Positions 1-13,011 of a DNA stretch of 64,000 bases are shown here, piece after piece. Origin of the DNA: Bacillota bacterium (GTDB taxonomy: Bacteria > Bacillota_I > Bacilli_A > RFN20 > CAG-826); contig JAEWMX010000005.1 of the NCBI GenBank assembly GCA_023393065.1, forward strand, positions 9,566 through 73,565. Direction: 5' to 3'. Position numbers and translations under genes: made by a program. The notes below the pieces were generated by a model. The model saw nothing but the letters and a program-made list of their open reading frames with translations. It did no database searches and was not told where the DNA came from. Every line of letters begins with the position of its first letter. Position 1 is the first letter of the stretch.

Positions 1-129
1 GGCGTATTGATTTCCGCCGACCGAAGCGTTGGCTGCAAAGACCGGCTGAATAATTCCCAGGCCGACAAAAAGGGCCAGGCCAATCATCACGGCATAGACA
101 ATTAAACTCGCGGCATCTTCTTTTTTCAT
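1..129 (-). CDS. membrane protein, N-terminal fragment (gene continues past left edge)
   Basis: The reverse strand has ATG at 127-129, then MKKEDAASLIVYAVMIGLALFVGLGIIQPVFAAN... with a hydrophobic TM helix. The frame is open to position 1. It is absent from the ORF track because it is truncated. Confidence 0.4.
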   Translation of the reverse strand, partial: MKKEDAASLIVYAVMIGLALFVGLGIIQPVFAANASVGGNQYA

Positions 130-144
130 AAAAATAAAACCTCC

Positions 145-1317
145 CTAGAGACACGATAGCAAAAGCGCTTCAATGTCCTTAGCATCTAGCGGTCGGACGG
201 AATGGCCAACCGTACGTGTACCGTTTTCCGTGATCATCGCGACTAGACGCGGGATGTCTTGTTTATCAATTCCTAATTCGCGAAGCGTCACCGGCATGCC
301 GATTTCTTCAAAGAAACGACGGAGTTCGCGTACACCAATATTAGCACTTTCTTCTCTGCTTACAAAATGGATTTTAAACACTTCGCGGGCAAAGGCAGAA
401 AACTTATCGATCTCGGCATCTTTGACAAAAGCCATCCAGGCCGGAATCATGACCGACAAGGCTGCGCCATGGGCAATGCGCGGATCGTGGCCGCTCAGGC
501 CGTGGGCAATCGCATGAATGGGCATGTTGACTTTCTTGCCGAGTCCGGTGATGCCATTGTGGGAAAAGGAACTGGCTAGCATCAAAGATGCTCGCGCATC
601 GTAATCACCGGGATTATCAATCGCTGCTTTCCCGACTTCAACGACGTGGCGAATGACGCCTAAAGCGAATTCGTCAGCTAATTCTTTTTTTTCGCTCGGT
701 GAGAAATACCGCTCAAAAGAATGCGAGATGATGTCGACGATGCCGCATCCGGTTTGATATTTGCTGACCGAATAAGTCAGCTCGGGATTGCAGATGGCGA
801 AGAGGGGGCGATTTAAGTCGCTGTTAAAGCCGCGCTTTAAACCTGTCTCGTCGTTAGAGATAACGCAGGAAGCCGAAAGCTCCGATCCAGCGGCCGCGAT
901 TGTCAGGACGACGCCGACGCTCAGAGCTTGTTTGGGCTTGGCGAGATGAAGGTTAAAATCAAAGGGATCGCCATCGTAAAAGAAACCGGCCGCAATTGCT
1001 TTCGCGGAATCGATGACCGATCCGCCGCCGACAGCGAGGATAAAATCGATGTCTTCTTTTCTGGCTAAATAGACGCCGGCGCGCACCATCGAGTGGGTGG
1101 GATTGACGCGGACGCCACCAAATTCAATAAAATCGACATCATTGTTCTTCAAAGAAGAAACAATTGTCTGATAAAGACCTGATGATTTAATCGATCCTGT
1201 GCCATAGTGAAATAAAACTTTCTTAAAGCCATAAGATTTAATTATGGCTCCTACATCTTTTTCTTTACCCCGTCCAAAAAATAATTTTGTCGGTGCCACA
1301 AAATCAAAATCAATCAT
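145..1317 (-). CDS. iron-containing (group III) alcohol dehydrogenase, butanol dehydrogenase/YqhD-like
   Basis: 390-aa ORF with the GGGSVIDSAK motif and His-rich metal site (HAIAHGLSGH...IAHG), typical of Fe-ADH. Confidence 0.85.
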   Translation of the reverse strand: MIDFDFVAPTKLFFGRGKEKDVGAIIKSYGFKKVLFHYGTGSIKSSGLYQTIVSSLKNNDVDFIEFGGVRVNPTHSMVRAGVYLARKEDIDFILAVGGGSVIDSAKAIAAGFFYDGDPFDFNLHLAKPKQALSVGVVLTIAAAGSELSASCVISNDETGLKRGFNSDLNRPLFAICNPELTYSVSKYQTGCGIVDIISHSFERYFSPSEKKELADEFALGVIRHVVEVGKAAIDNPGDYDARASLMLASSFSHNGITGLGKKVNMPIHAIAHGLSGHDPRIAHGAALSVMIPAWMAFVKDAEIDKFSAFAREVFKIHFVSREESANIGVRELRRFFEEIGMPVTLRELGIDKQDIPRLVAMITENGTRTVGHSVRPLDAKDIEALLLSCL

Positions 1318-1927
1318 GTCTTTCTCCTTGTTTAGTGCTTATTTTTTCGTCTTCGGCAAGTTCTGGGTGTTTCCTTTTTTCGATCGTGCCGCGCAAGGCA
1401 TTTTCAACCATCATCTTCTCGACGTTTTTCAAAATGGCATCAAAGCGTGCCAGCAAATGATTCTTATCTTCTTCCATTCCGGTATTAATCCAATAGGAAA
1501 GTTCCGAAACAATAATGCTGGCGACGATGCGCGAAACACTTTTTATCTGTTCGCCAGGCAAACTTTTATATTTAGCATTCGCGGCGAGGCGGTTATAAGA
1601 TCTCGCATGCAAATAGTTGTGAACGAAATTAATTATATTAATTGCGTAAGGCGACGTCAGAAAGTTTTTTAAGATATCGCTGTTATTCGCGTAAAGATCG
1701 GCGACAAAGCGCGCGTCTTGATTCAAGTCGCCATCCTTGTCGCTGCGTTTTTCGCAGATATCGACCAAGATGGCATCGATAAAATCACCCATGTCTTTAA
1801 AGTGATAATAGAAAGTTTGGCGTTTGACGCCGACGCGATCGCACAATTCTTCAATGCTGATTTTGGCGAGCGGTTTTTCCTGCGCGAGACTGAAGAGAGC
1901 CCCGCTGAACGAATTAAGTTTTTTCAT
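1310..1927 (-). CDS. TetR/AcrR family transcriptional regulator
   Basis: N-terminal HTH (ISIEELCDRVGVKRQTFYYHFKDM). It overlaps both flanking genes by 8 and 14 nt. Confidence 0.8.
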   Translation of the reverse strand: MKKLNSFSGALFSLAQEKPLAKISIEELCDRVGVKRQTFYYHFKDMGDFIDAILVDICEKRSDKDGDLNQDARFVADLYANNSDILKNFLTSPYAINIINFVHNYLHARSYNRLAANAKYKSLPGEQIKSVSRIVASIIVSELSYWINTGMEEDKNHLLARFDAILKNVEKMMVENALRGTIEKRKHPELAEDEKISTKQGERHD

Positions 1928-2843
1928 GTTTGTTCCCCTTGGTATTAAGTTGCGCGAGCGCTTTTGCGACTGCGGCCCCCAATAATGCGTTATTTTTGAT
2001 TAGTCGAATGTTTGCTGCTAAAGATTTACCTTTGGTAATAGTCGCGATTTCTCGCAGCAGAAATGGCGTAACTTCTTTTCCCTTAATGCCATTTTTTTCA
2101 GCTTTGCCCAGAGCCTCGTCAATGGCTTGATCAATTTCGGCTTTGGGCATTTCTGCTTCGCGCGGAACCGGATTGGAAATCAAAATACCGCCTCTTAACT
2201 TTAAATCGCGTTTGTTTTTGATGATGGCGGCGGCTTCGTCGGCGCTTTCGATTCGGTCTTCGATTTTTAAGCCTGAATCACGCGAATAGAAACTGGCAAA
2301 TTCGTCGCTTTGATAAGACAAAACAATCACGCCTTTAGTCTCAAGGTATTCAAGCGTCAGCGGCAAGTCTAAAATGGCTTTTGCTCCAGAAGAGATAACG
2401 GTGACATCGGTCATCGCAAACTCCTCTAAATCAGCCGAGATGTCAAATGTTGTCGAGGCGTTTCTGTGCACACCCCCAATTCCACCGGTGACAAACACTT
2501 CAATTCCCGCTTTTTCAGCGATGATCATCGTCGCAGCCACGGTTGTCGCGCCCCACCCTTTTTGAGCGATGACGACCGGCAAGTCACGACGCGATACTTT
2601 GCGAATTCCTTGGCGCTTTCCAAATTCTTCAATTTGATTCGGACTCATCCCGACGACAATCTCGCCATCGATGATGCCGATTGTTGCTGGAACGGCTCCG
2701 GCTTTGGAAATTATATCTTCAAGCAGCAAAGCTGTTTTAACATTCTCAGGATATGGCATGCCATGCGAAATAATCGTCGATTCCAAGGCGACGACGGGGC
2801 GCTTTTGTTGTATGGCTGTTTCGACTCGAGAATTAATTAACAT
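1914..2843 (-). CDS. psuG: pseudouridine-5'-phosphate glycosidase
   Basis: 309 aa with PsuG/IndA-like motifs ESTIISHGMPYP and TGGIGGVHR. Confidence 0.85.
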   Translation of the reverse strand: MLINSRVETAIQQKRPVVALESTIISHGMPYPENVKTALLLEDIISKAGAVPATIGIIDGEIVVGMSPNQIEEFGKRQGIRKVSRRDLPVVIAQKGWGATTVAATMIIAEKAGIEVFVTGGIGGVHRNASTTFDISADLEEFAMTDVTVISSGAKAILDLPLTLEYLETKGVIVLSYQSDEFASFYSRDSGLKIEDRIESADEAAAIIKNKRDLKLRGGILISNPVPREAEMPKAEIDQAIDEALGKAEKNGIKGKEVTPFLLREIATITKGKSLAANIRLIKNNALLGAAVAKALAQLNTKGNKHEKT

Positions 2844-3038
2844 CTACGCCTCCTTTCGCAAGACGGTTGCTTTTTTAAAATTTGAATTGATAAGACGATG
2901 AGCAATAACGGTTCTATATTTATTTGATGACGTTATTGTGGACTTTCATCTTTAAAAAGACGATGTGAGTCCATACTCACGAGACTAATAATTATTTAAT
3001 AACTAATATATACAAATGACAAGTTTTATTTATAAAAG

Positions 3039-4052
3039 TTATAAATTTGGTGGGGTGCTAGAAAAAGTAAAGCCTTCGGGATCAAGAAGCGTTCCGCCGA
3101 AAGCGCCGATGTCTTCAACGCTGAAGATAGCGGTTTTTTCCGTAAAGGTGCGATATACTTCGTCGGGGCCGACAATTTCAAAAGTCCCGCTAAAATCGCT
3201 GACTTTTTTGATCATTCCATCGACAATTAACACCGAGTGAATGGCCTTGCCGCCTAAAGCCGAACTGGCAGGATCATAAGAGGCAGCCACAACGAGTTCC
3301 AAACTAGTGCTCGTGTTTAACGCTGGGTTGGCATCGACTTCACCATCGGCTTTACTTGCGAACTTATTGGCTGTGAAGGTCGATAGCTCGATGTTTTCGT
3401 TATCTTGGTAGAGATCAAAGAGATTATTCAATTCGAGAGCTTTTGCTTGGCCATCGATTAAGTATAATTTGTGCATATAGTTTTCGGTGCCGTAAACGCT
3501 TTCGATTGCCACATCGTCGTCTACGCCGGCAAAATCATAAATTTCGTAGAAGCGGGAAAGGGATGGACAGAAACCATTTCTAAACACTTGGTAATCCGCT
3601 GTTAAATCAATTGTCACTTCGGTGGTTTCGGCCTCGTCATAGTAATTTTCATCGGCATCATATGTGCCCACTAATATTTTTTCGGTATCATAACGCGACA
3701 CTTCTTTGCTATATTCTCCAAAAAAATCCCGATCATCATCTAGTACTGCGAGAGTGTCGTAATCAGTCGTAATCTCCAAATTATAAACAACGTGATTGGC
3801 ATAACCGTCATTTGTGCCTAATATTTCAAGGATTGCGTCGCGCTCTTCGTCGGTCTGTGTTCCATCTTCAAGTTCGTCAATTGCGTCACCTAAAGTATCA
3901 TCTTGGTCAAAGACAAAAAACGAGGAATCGTCTTCACAAAAAGTGAATTCATCATCGCTTTCGCTATCGCTCGTCGAAGTGGCCGGACCGGCACAGCCGG
4001 CGAGCAGGAGAGTGAGAAAGACAATAATTGGTGGCGAGATTCTTTTTTTCAT
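3039..4052 (-). CDS. highly acidic lipoprotein, unknown function
   Basis: Signal peptide with lipobox LLLAGC, followed by an Asp/Glu/Ser-rich mature region. Confidence 0.7.
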   Translation of the reverse strand: MKKRISPPIIVFLTLLLAGCAGPATSTSDSESDDEFTFCEDDSSFFVFDQDDTLGDAIDELEDGTQTDEERDAILEILGTNDGYANHVVYNLEITTDYDTLAVLDDDRDFFGEYSKEVSRYDTEKILVGTYDADENYYDEAETTEVTIDLTADYQVFRNGFCPSLSRFYEIYDFAGVDDDVAIESVYGTENYMHKLYLIDGQAKALELNNLFDLYQDNENIELSTFTANKFASKADGEVDANPALNTSTSLELVVAASYDPASSALGGKAIHSVLIVDGMIKKVSDFSGTFEIVGPDEVYRTFTEKTAIFSVEDIGAFGGTLLDPEGFTFSSTPPNL

Positions 4053-4142
4053 AACTTAACTGAAAAGTATCACTTTTCTATAAACAAGTATAAGTGAATT
4101 TTACTATCTTTTGTATATTTCTTATATATATTTGCTTTGAGC

Positions 4143-4595
4143 TTATCGCTTGTTTTTAAAAAAATCGGAAACTAATTGGCCGCACTCTTTTGCTAAAACA
4201 CCACCGGTGATGGCGGGATGGTGATTGAGATTTTTCTGTTCAAAGAGATTATAAGAACTGCCAAGCGCCCCTCCTTTGGGGTCTTGAGCACCATAGACAA
4301 TGCGATCGAGACGGGTCCATAAAATGGTTCCGGCACACATGGTGCACGGCTCAATCGTCACGTAGAGCTGGCAGCCATCGAGACGCCAGACACCAAGTTT
4401 TTTGCAAGCTTTGCGAATGGCGATAATTTCGGCGTGAGCTGTCGGATCTTGCGTTGCTTCGCGCCGGTTGTGACCGCGCGCGATAATTTTATCGTTTCTA
4501 ACGATAACAGCTCCGACGGGGACCTCGTCGATCGCTTGCGCTTTCTTCGCTTCTTTTAAAGCGTGCAACATGTAATATTCGTCGATATTTTTCAT
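4143..4595 (-). CDS. tadA: tRNA-specific adenosine deaminase
   Basis: Zinc deaminase motifs HAEI and PCTMC. I chose the start at the internal Met (MKNIDEYYML) because the 10 upstream codons overlap the SRP RNA. Confidence 0.85.
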   Translation of the reverse strand: MKNIDEYYMLHALKEAKKAQAIDEVPVGAVIVRNDKIIARGHNRREATQDPTAHAEIIAIRKACKKLGVWRLDGCQLYVTIEPCTMCAGTILWTRLDRIVYGAQDPKGGALGSSYNLFEQKNLNHHPAITGGVLAKECGQLVSDFFKNKR

Positions 4596-4601
4596 ATAAA
4601 T

Positions 4602-4681
4602 AAACCACCGCACATGTACCAGCAACTTAAGGCTGCTGCGTCTCCGCCCTGACCTGGTTCATCGTAATACATCGCGATGGC
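4602..4681 (-). ncRNA. ffs: small (4.5S-type) signal recognition particle RNA
   Basis: The reverse strand reads GCCAUCGCG...ACCAGGUCAGG-GCG-GAGA-CGC-AGCAGCC...GCGGUGGUUU. This carries the conserved domain IV motifs with a GNRA tetraloop. The 5' CCAUCGC pairs with the 3' GCGGUGG, and a U-rich tail follows. Confidence 0.75.
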
Positions 4682-4687
4682 ATAGAT

Positions 4688-4696
4688 ATTATAACA
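4688..4696 (-). promoter_or_regulatory. extended -10 promoter (TGTTATAAT) for ffs
   Basis: The reverse complement of 4688-4696 is TGTTATAAT. The G at 4681 lies 7 nt downstream and coincides with the predicted SRP RNA 5' end. Confidence 0.45.
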
Positions 4697-4713
4697 ACAA
4701 ATTAATAAATGTT

Positions 4714-5994
4714 TTATTTTTTGGCTTCGAGCTTGCTGATACCACCCATATATGGGCGCAACACTTCAGGCACGATCACGCTGCCATCAGCTTGCTGGAA
4801 TTGCTCTAAAATCGCCGGGACAAGACGCGAAGTGGCAAGGCCGCTGGCATTTAGGGTGTGACAAAACTTCATTTTTCCGCTTTCTTTGTCGCGGTAGCGA
4901 ATCATCCCCCTGCGCGCTTGATAATCGCGGGCGTTAGACGCGCTAGATACTTCTTTATATGTCGCCATACTTGGGATGTAGACTTCGATATCATAAGTGC
5001 GAGCCATGGCGTGGGAACAATCGCCGGCGGCCAGTTTGCTGACATGAAAGTGAAGGCCGAGCTGTTCGACGAGGCTTTTAGCTTTATCGACCATCTCATC
5101 AAAAGCGCAATCAGATCCTTCTTCGGTCGTATACTGTACAATTTCAACTTTGTTGAACTGGTAACCGCGAATCATCCCTCTTTCCTCGGTGCGATACGAT
5201 CCGGCTTCTGAGCGATAGCACGGCGTATAGGCAAAATATTTACGAGGTAAGGAATTGATATCAAGAATCTCGTTGCGATGCAAATTCACTAGAGCGGTTT
5301 CCGCCGTCGGAAGAATAAACTTCTTGGGCGAGACGCCTTCTAAAGAAAATACCGCGTCGTTGAATTTTGGAAATTGTCCGGCCACGAAACCGGATTCGTA
5401 ATTTAAGATGTGGGGAGGAAGGATAAACTGATATCCATCCTTAAGGTGATTGGCGATGAAATAGTTGATTAAAGCCCATTCAAGCATCGCTCCTTGACCG
5501 GTGTAAATCCACGTGCCAGATCCGCTGATTTTAGCCGCTCTCTCGTAATCGACGAGACCGAGCGACTCAGCAAGTTCCACATGATCTTTAATTTTGAAGT
5601 CAAAGACCGGTATTTTCCCATATTCATAAACGACGCGATTGTTTTCCTTGCCGCCCGGTAGCAAATCGTCATCAGGAATATTAGGAAGGCCGGAAACAAT
5701 ATCGAAAATTTCACCTTCGACCACTTTTAAACGGGATTCATCAACCGCATTTTCGGCGGCTAGCTCTTTAACTCGGGCAAAAATACTTGCGATGTCACCG
5801 CCGCTCTTTTTTATTTGCGGAACCGATCCCGAGAGACGGTTCTGTTCAGCTTTTGAACTCTCAACTTTTATTAAGAGCTTTTTTCTTTCTTCTATTAGAA
5901 GAAGCAAGGGAGCAAAATCAACATCGAATAACTTCTTTTTTAAGGCGTCCTGAACTATTTGTGGATTCTCTGATATCAATTTGATGTCGAGCAT
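4714..5994 (-). CDS. serS: seryl-tRNA synthetase
   Basis: 426 aa with an N-terminal coiled-coil arm and a class II core (TLNASGLATSR motif 3). Confidence 0.95.
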   Translation of the reverse strand: MLDIKLISENPQIVQDALKKKLFDVDFAPLLLLIEERKKLLIKVESSKAEQNRLSGSVPQIKKSGGDIASIFARVKELAAENAVDESRLKVVEGEIFDIVSGLPNIPDDDLLPGGKENNRVVYEYGKIPVFDFKIKDHVELAESLGLVDYERAAKISGSGTWIYTGQGAMLEWALINYFIANHLKDGYQFILPPHILNYESGFVAGQFPKFNDAVFSLEGVSPKKFILPTAETALVNLHRNEILDINSLPRKYFAYTPCYRSEAGSYRTEERGMIRGYQFNKVEIVQYTTEEGSDCAFDEMVDKAKSLVEQLGLHFHVSKLAAGDCSHAMARTYDIEVYIPSMATYKEVSSASNARDYQARRGMIRYRDKESGKMKFCHTLNASGLATSRLVPAILEQFQQADGSVIVPEVLRPYMGGISKLEAKK

Positions 5995-5995
5995 A

Positions 5996-7015
5996 TTATC
6001 TGCCTCCTTTATTGTTAGCGATAAGTTCCATATAAATTTTTTCTAGCTGCTTGCCGATTTCCGTCAAACTTTCATTTTTAGCAATGTTGTAAGCTTTTAC
6101 GGCCTTTGAAGGTAGTTCGCCACTGAAGAATTGATTGATATTAGCGGCAACGGCCGGTAGGGTGTTGGCAATATAAGCATATCCCTTTGTCAAAACCTTG
6201 GCGTCGTAATCGATGGGACCGAGCCCGATGATCTGACACTTGGCGGCGATGGCATCGAGGGTCGTAATGGCATTGTATTTACGGCGATTGATCAAAAGAA
6301 AGACATTGGCGTTCATCATCACTGAACGGTAGACGTCTTCGGGAATAATGGGATTAAACCGCAAATTTTTCGGAGAACGTCTTAAAAGGCGACGGATCTT
6401 GCTCGGCAAAAGTAGCAAATGCTTTGCTTGCCCAAAATAAAGAAACTTGTATTCCGGACAGAGTCTGGCAATTTCCACGATGTTGCGGATTTCTTCGCGG
6501 CTATCATACTGGCCAAAAGCGACGACTGTTTTTGCTGATTTATTTAAACGAAAATAGCGATAGAAGAGATCGGCTTCTAATTGATCGTTCTTTTCAAAGC
6601 GAGCGATGTTGACACCCGGGGACAAGACGATGATTTTTGTTTTGACGCCGGAATCGGCTAAGAACTTAACTCCGGCCTCGTTTGGAACGATGACAACATT
6701 GACTTTGTTAAGTATGCGCAAAGCGCGGTTGCTCAAGCGAACTTCGCCGTCGCGGGTGACTTCAGTAATTTTCGCCACCGGATCAGACTCGCACATCAAA
6801 GCGGAGAATATGACTGGCTTGCCGAGTTCAATCGCGTCGTTGATTTTCATCTCGTCAGCGATCGAGATAAAATGCGCGACATCATAGTGATCAATGCTGT
6901 TTTTGGCAATTTCAATATTCGTCAACTCGAGTGCGCCTTTAATGTTTTTTCTCAGGCGCATCCCTTCGTAAACATCTTTGAGATAGCGGGGTTGAAAGTG
7001 GACGAAAACCTTCAT
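5996..7015 (-). CDS. GT-B fold (GT4-like) glycosyltransferase
   Basis: 339 aa. The C-terminal half resembles glycosyltransferase group 1 (NAITTLDAIAAKCQIIGLG, similar to the E..EAMA.G.PV region). Assigned by eye only. Confidence 0.55.
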   Translation of the reverse strand: MKVFVHFQPRYLKDVYEGMRLRKNIKGALELTNIEIAKNSIDHYDVAHFISIADEMKINDAIELGKPVIFSALMCESDPVAKITEVTRDGEVRLSNRALRILNKVNVVIVPNEAGVKFLADSGVKTKIIVLSPGVNIARFEKNDQLEADLFYRYFRLNKSAKTVVAFGQYDSREEIRNIVEIARLCPEYKFLYFGQAKHLLLLPSKIRRLLRRSPKNLRFNPIIPEDVYRSVMMNANVFLLINRRKYNAITTLDAIAAKCQIIGLGPIDYDAKVLTKGYAYIANTLPAVAANINQFFSGELPSKAVKAYNIAKNESLTEIGKQLEKIYMELIANNKGGR

Positions 7016-7020
7016 AAATA

Positions 7021-9597
7021 TTAGATATCTGCGTCGTTTTCTTCAATAACTGCGACGTTTTCTTCTTCTTCGAGATCGATATCGCTTTCTTCGACGACGC
7101 CGTTTTCTTCGTGTGGAACGATAGCGATAGAAACGACTTTTTGACGGCCTTCGAGTTTGATGACGCGAACGCCTTGAGTGTTGCGTCCGGCGACTTTAAC
7201 TTGTTCAAGAGGTATGCGGATGATAGTTCCGTTAGCGGTGATAATCATCAAATCTTCTGTGCCGTTAACGGCGCGTAAAGCAACCAATTTTCCGTTCTTG
7301 TCGGTCGTGTTGATCGTCAAAACACCTTTCGCTCCGCGCTTGGTGAGGCGATAGCTTTCAGCTGGCGACATCTTGCCATAACCTTTTTGGGTAATCGCTA
7401 AGACGAGCTCGCCTTCAAGAGAAGTTGTGGCGCTGACGACTTCGGCACCATCGGTACTCATGCCTTTAACGCCGGCCGCGGTCCGACCCATCGAGCGCAC
7501 ATCGCTCTCGTTGAATTTGACCATTTTGCCATTGCTGGAAGCGAGGCCAATCAACGCATTTCCGTCGGTGCGCTTAACGTCGAGAAGGGTATCTCCATCT
7601 TTTAAGGAGATGGCGATTTTACCGTTTTGGCGAATCGAGGCAAACTCGGTCAAGGCCGTGCGTTTAACAACGCCGTTGACGGTAATGAAGAACAAGTAAT
7701 GTTCTTCGTGATAGTCGTCGAGCGAGATGATCGCCATGATGCGCTCATCTTTTTCGAGGTTTAATATCAGGTTTTGAATCGGCGTTCCTTTTGAGACGCG
7801 ACCGCTTTCGGGAATTTGATATCCTCTCATGCGATAGACTTTGCCGAGGTTAGAGAAGAACAGTACATCGGTGTGTGTCTTGGTGTGAACGATAATTGAA
7901 ACGATATCGTTGTCGTTTGTGTTAATTCCTTTGACGCCGCGACCACCGCGATTTTGCGTTCTAAAAGTATCGGTTGTCATGCGTTTTACATAATTATTGA
8001 CGGTTAACGCGATGACGATTTCTTCTTCAGGAATTAACGCTTCGTCTTCAATGGTGGCGAGCTCGTTGCTGATTTCGGTTTTCCGCTCATCGCCAAAGCG
8101 CTGCTTGATGTCGAGTAACTCTTCAACCATCACGTCGATAATCTTTTCGCGAGAACTCAAGATGTCGCGGTACTTGGCGATATTGATTTCGAGCTGAGCT
8201 CTTTCAGCCTCGAGTTTTTGTTTTTCTAATCCAGTCAATCTCCTGAGCGTCATAGCGAGAATGGCTTGCGTCTGAATTTCGCTAAGATTGAATCTTTCCA
8301 TCAGTTTTTGCGATGCTTCTTCAGGAGTTGCGGCTTTTTTGATCATCTCAACGATTTCGTCAATATTATCAATCGCTGTCAAAAGGCCGAGCACGACATG
8401 GTCGCGAGCCTCATCTTTTGCGAGGCGATACTTGGTACGCCTTTCGATGACGACGACTTGGTGGTCGATGTAGCCGAGAAGAATATCGTTAATTGGTAAA
8501 ACTTTCGGCGCCCCTTCGACCAGGCAGAGCATGATGATGCCATAGCTCACTTGCAGCTGAGTGTTTTTATAGAGTTGGTTGAGAATGACTTCGGGAATGG
8601 TGTCGCGACGAACTTCGATGACGACGCGAATACCTTCTTTGTTGGATTCATCGCGAACATCGGTGATGCCTTCGATGACTTTATCTTTAACGAGGTTGGC
8701 AATCGATTCGATCATCCGTGCCTTGTTGACTTGATATGGAATTTCATAAATGATGATGCGTTTTTTGCCGCTTTCGGCTTCTTCAATCAAAGCTTTACTT
8801 CGTAAAGCAATGCTGCCGGTTCCTGTTTCGTAAGCGTCCTTGATTCCGCTGCGACCGAGAATGGTGCCACCGGTGGGAAAATCGGGACCGGGGAGATATT
8901 GCTCCATTATTTCCAAGGGGGTTAATAGCGGATTGCGAGCCACGGCGATAGTTGCATCGATCGTCTCGCTGAGGTTATGAGGCGGGATGTTGGTGGCCAT
9001 ACCGACAGCGATGCCGGCACTACCATTAACTAATAAGTTGGGAAAGCGAGATGGTAAAACGCTCGGTTCTTTTTCGGTTCCGTCATAGTTATCGACGAAT
9101 TGAACGGTGTCGTCATTGATGTCTCTGACCATTTCCATGGCGAGTTTCGTCATCCTGGCTTCCGTGTAACGCATGGCGGCGGCTTCGTCGCCGTCGACGC
9201 TGCCAAAGTTACCGTGACCATCGACAAGCGTATAACGCATCGAGAACGATTGTGCGAGTCTAACTAATGTCGAATAGATAGCGGCATCGCCGTGCGGGTG
9301 ATATTTACCCATGACATCGCCGACGATACGAGCACATTTCTTATAAGGTTTGTCGGGTTGCATTCCCGATTCGTTCATTCCATATATAATACGGCGGTGA
9401 ACCGGTTTGAATCCGTCGCGGACATCAGGTATGGCGCGGCTGACGATAACCGACATCGAGTAATCGAGAAAAGAGCTGCGAACTTCTTTGGAGATATCGA
9501 CATCGCGAAGACCAGGAACAATCCCTGATTCCACTTCTTCGATTTCATTTTCTTCGTCACTAGTTAAAGGGGTGACAATTTTATCTTTTTCTTCCAT
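7021..9597 (-). CDS. gyrA: DNA gyrase subunit A
   Basis: 858 aa with [10 protein letters not shown] (QRDR), the catalytic Tyr region AAMRYTE, C-terminal beta-pinwheel repeats and an acidic tail. Confidence 0.97.
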   Translation of the reverse strand: MEEKDKIVTPLTSDEENEIEEVESGIVPGLRDVDISKEVRSSFLDYSMSVIVSRAIPDVRDGFKPVHRRIIYGMNESGMQPDKPYKKCARIVGDVMGKYHPHGDAAIYSTLVRLAQSFSMRYTLVDGHGNFGSVDGDEAAAMRYTEARMTKLAMEMVRDINDDTVQFVDNYDGTEKEPSVLPSRFPNLLVNGSAGIAVGMATNIPPHNLSETIDATIAVARNPLLTPLEIMEQYLPGPDFPTGGTILGRSGIKDAYETGTGSIALRSKALIEEAESGKKRIIIYEIPYQVNKARMIESIANLVKDKVIEGITDVRDESNKEGIRVVIEVRRDTIPEVILNQLYKNTQLQVSYGIIMLCLVEGAPKVLPINDILLGYIDHQVVVIERRTKYRLAKDEARDHVVLGLLTAIDNIDEIVEMIKKAATPEEASQKLMERFNLSEIQTQAILAMTLRRLTGLEKQKLEAERAQLEINIAKYRDILSSREKIIDVMVEELLDIKQRFGDERKTEISNELATIEDEALIPEEEIVIALTVNNYVKRMTTDTFRTQNRGGRGVKGINTNDNDIVSIIVHTKTHTDVLFFSNLGKVYRMRGYQIPESGRVSKGTPIQNLILNLEKDERIMAIISLDDYHEEHYLFFITVNGVVKRTALTEFASIRQNGKIAISLKDGDTLLDVKRTDGNALIGLASSNGKMVKFNESDVRSMGRTAAGVKGMSTDGAEVVSATTSLEGELVLAITQKGYGKMSPAESYRLTKRGAKGVLTINTTDKNGKLVALRAVNGTEDLMIITANGTIIRIPLEQVKVAGRNTQGVRVIKLEGRQKVVSIAIVPHEENGVVEESDIDLEEEENVAVIEENDADI

Positions 9598-9615
9598 TTG
9601 CGTGAGGCTCCTTTA

Positions 9616-12679
<3,064 letters not shown>

Positions 12680-12683
<4 letters not shown>

Positions 12684-12904
12684 TTTTTAACTATTCGGTA
12701 GCTAACCTGGTCGATTTCCACAACCATCGAATCGCGCAGTTTTCTTCCCCGCCGATTGTCGCTAAGTCCATCGACAAGTATCACGTGAGAAGCAAGAAAG
12801 GATTTGGCCTCGCCGCCCGAACCGATTAAATCAGCAATTTTGAGCATCTGGCCAAGAGTAACAAAATCGGTAGAAATCGAAATTTCCACCGTTTTTTTAA
12901 TCAT
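12680..12904 (-). CDS. yaaA: S4-like RNA-binding protein YaaA
   Basis: 74 aa counted from the internal Met (MIKKTVEISI...). It sits in the conserved position between dnaN and recF. Confidence 0.75.
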
Positions 12905-12948
12905 AAAAAACCCTCTATATTTACTCACACAACCATTATACACAAAAG

Positions 12949-12976
12949 CAAAGAAAAAGGGAATATAAATTCCCTT
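12949..12976 (-). terminator. rho-independent terminator after dnaN
   Basis: Hairpin AAGGGA-N8-TCCCTT, followed on the minus strand by TTTTTCTT. Confidence 0.6.
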
Positions 12977-13011
12977 ATTGTTGGTGTGTTGTTTTTATGC
13001 GTTTATTTGAC

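Noticed and set aside
4596-4625. 10-codon extension of tadA (MLVHVRWFIY).
   Set aside because: It overlaps the 3' helix of the SRP RNA. The downstream Met gives a normal TadA N-terminus.
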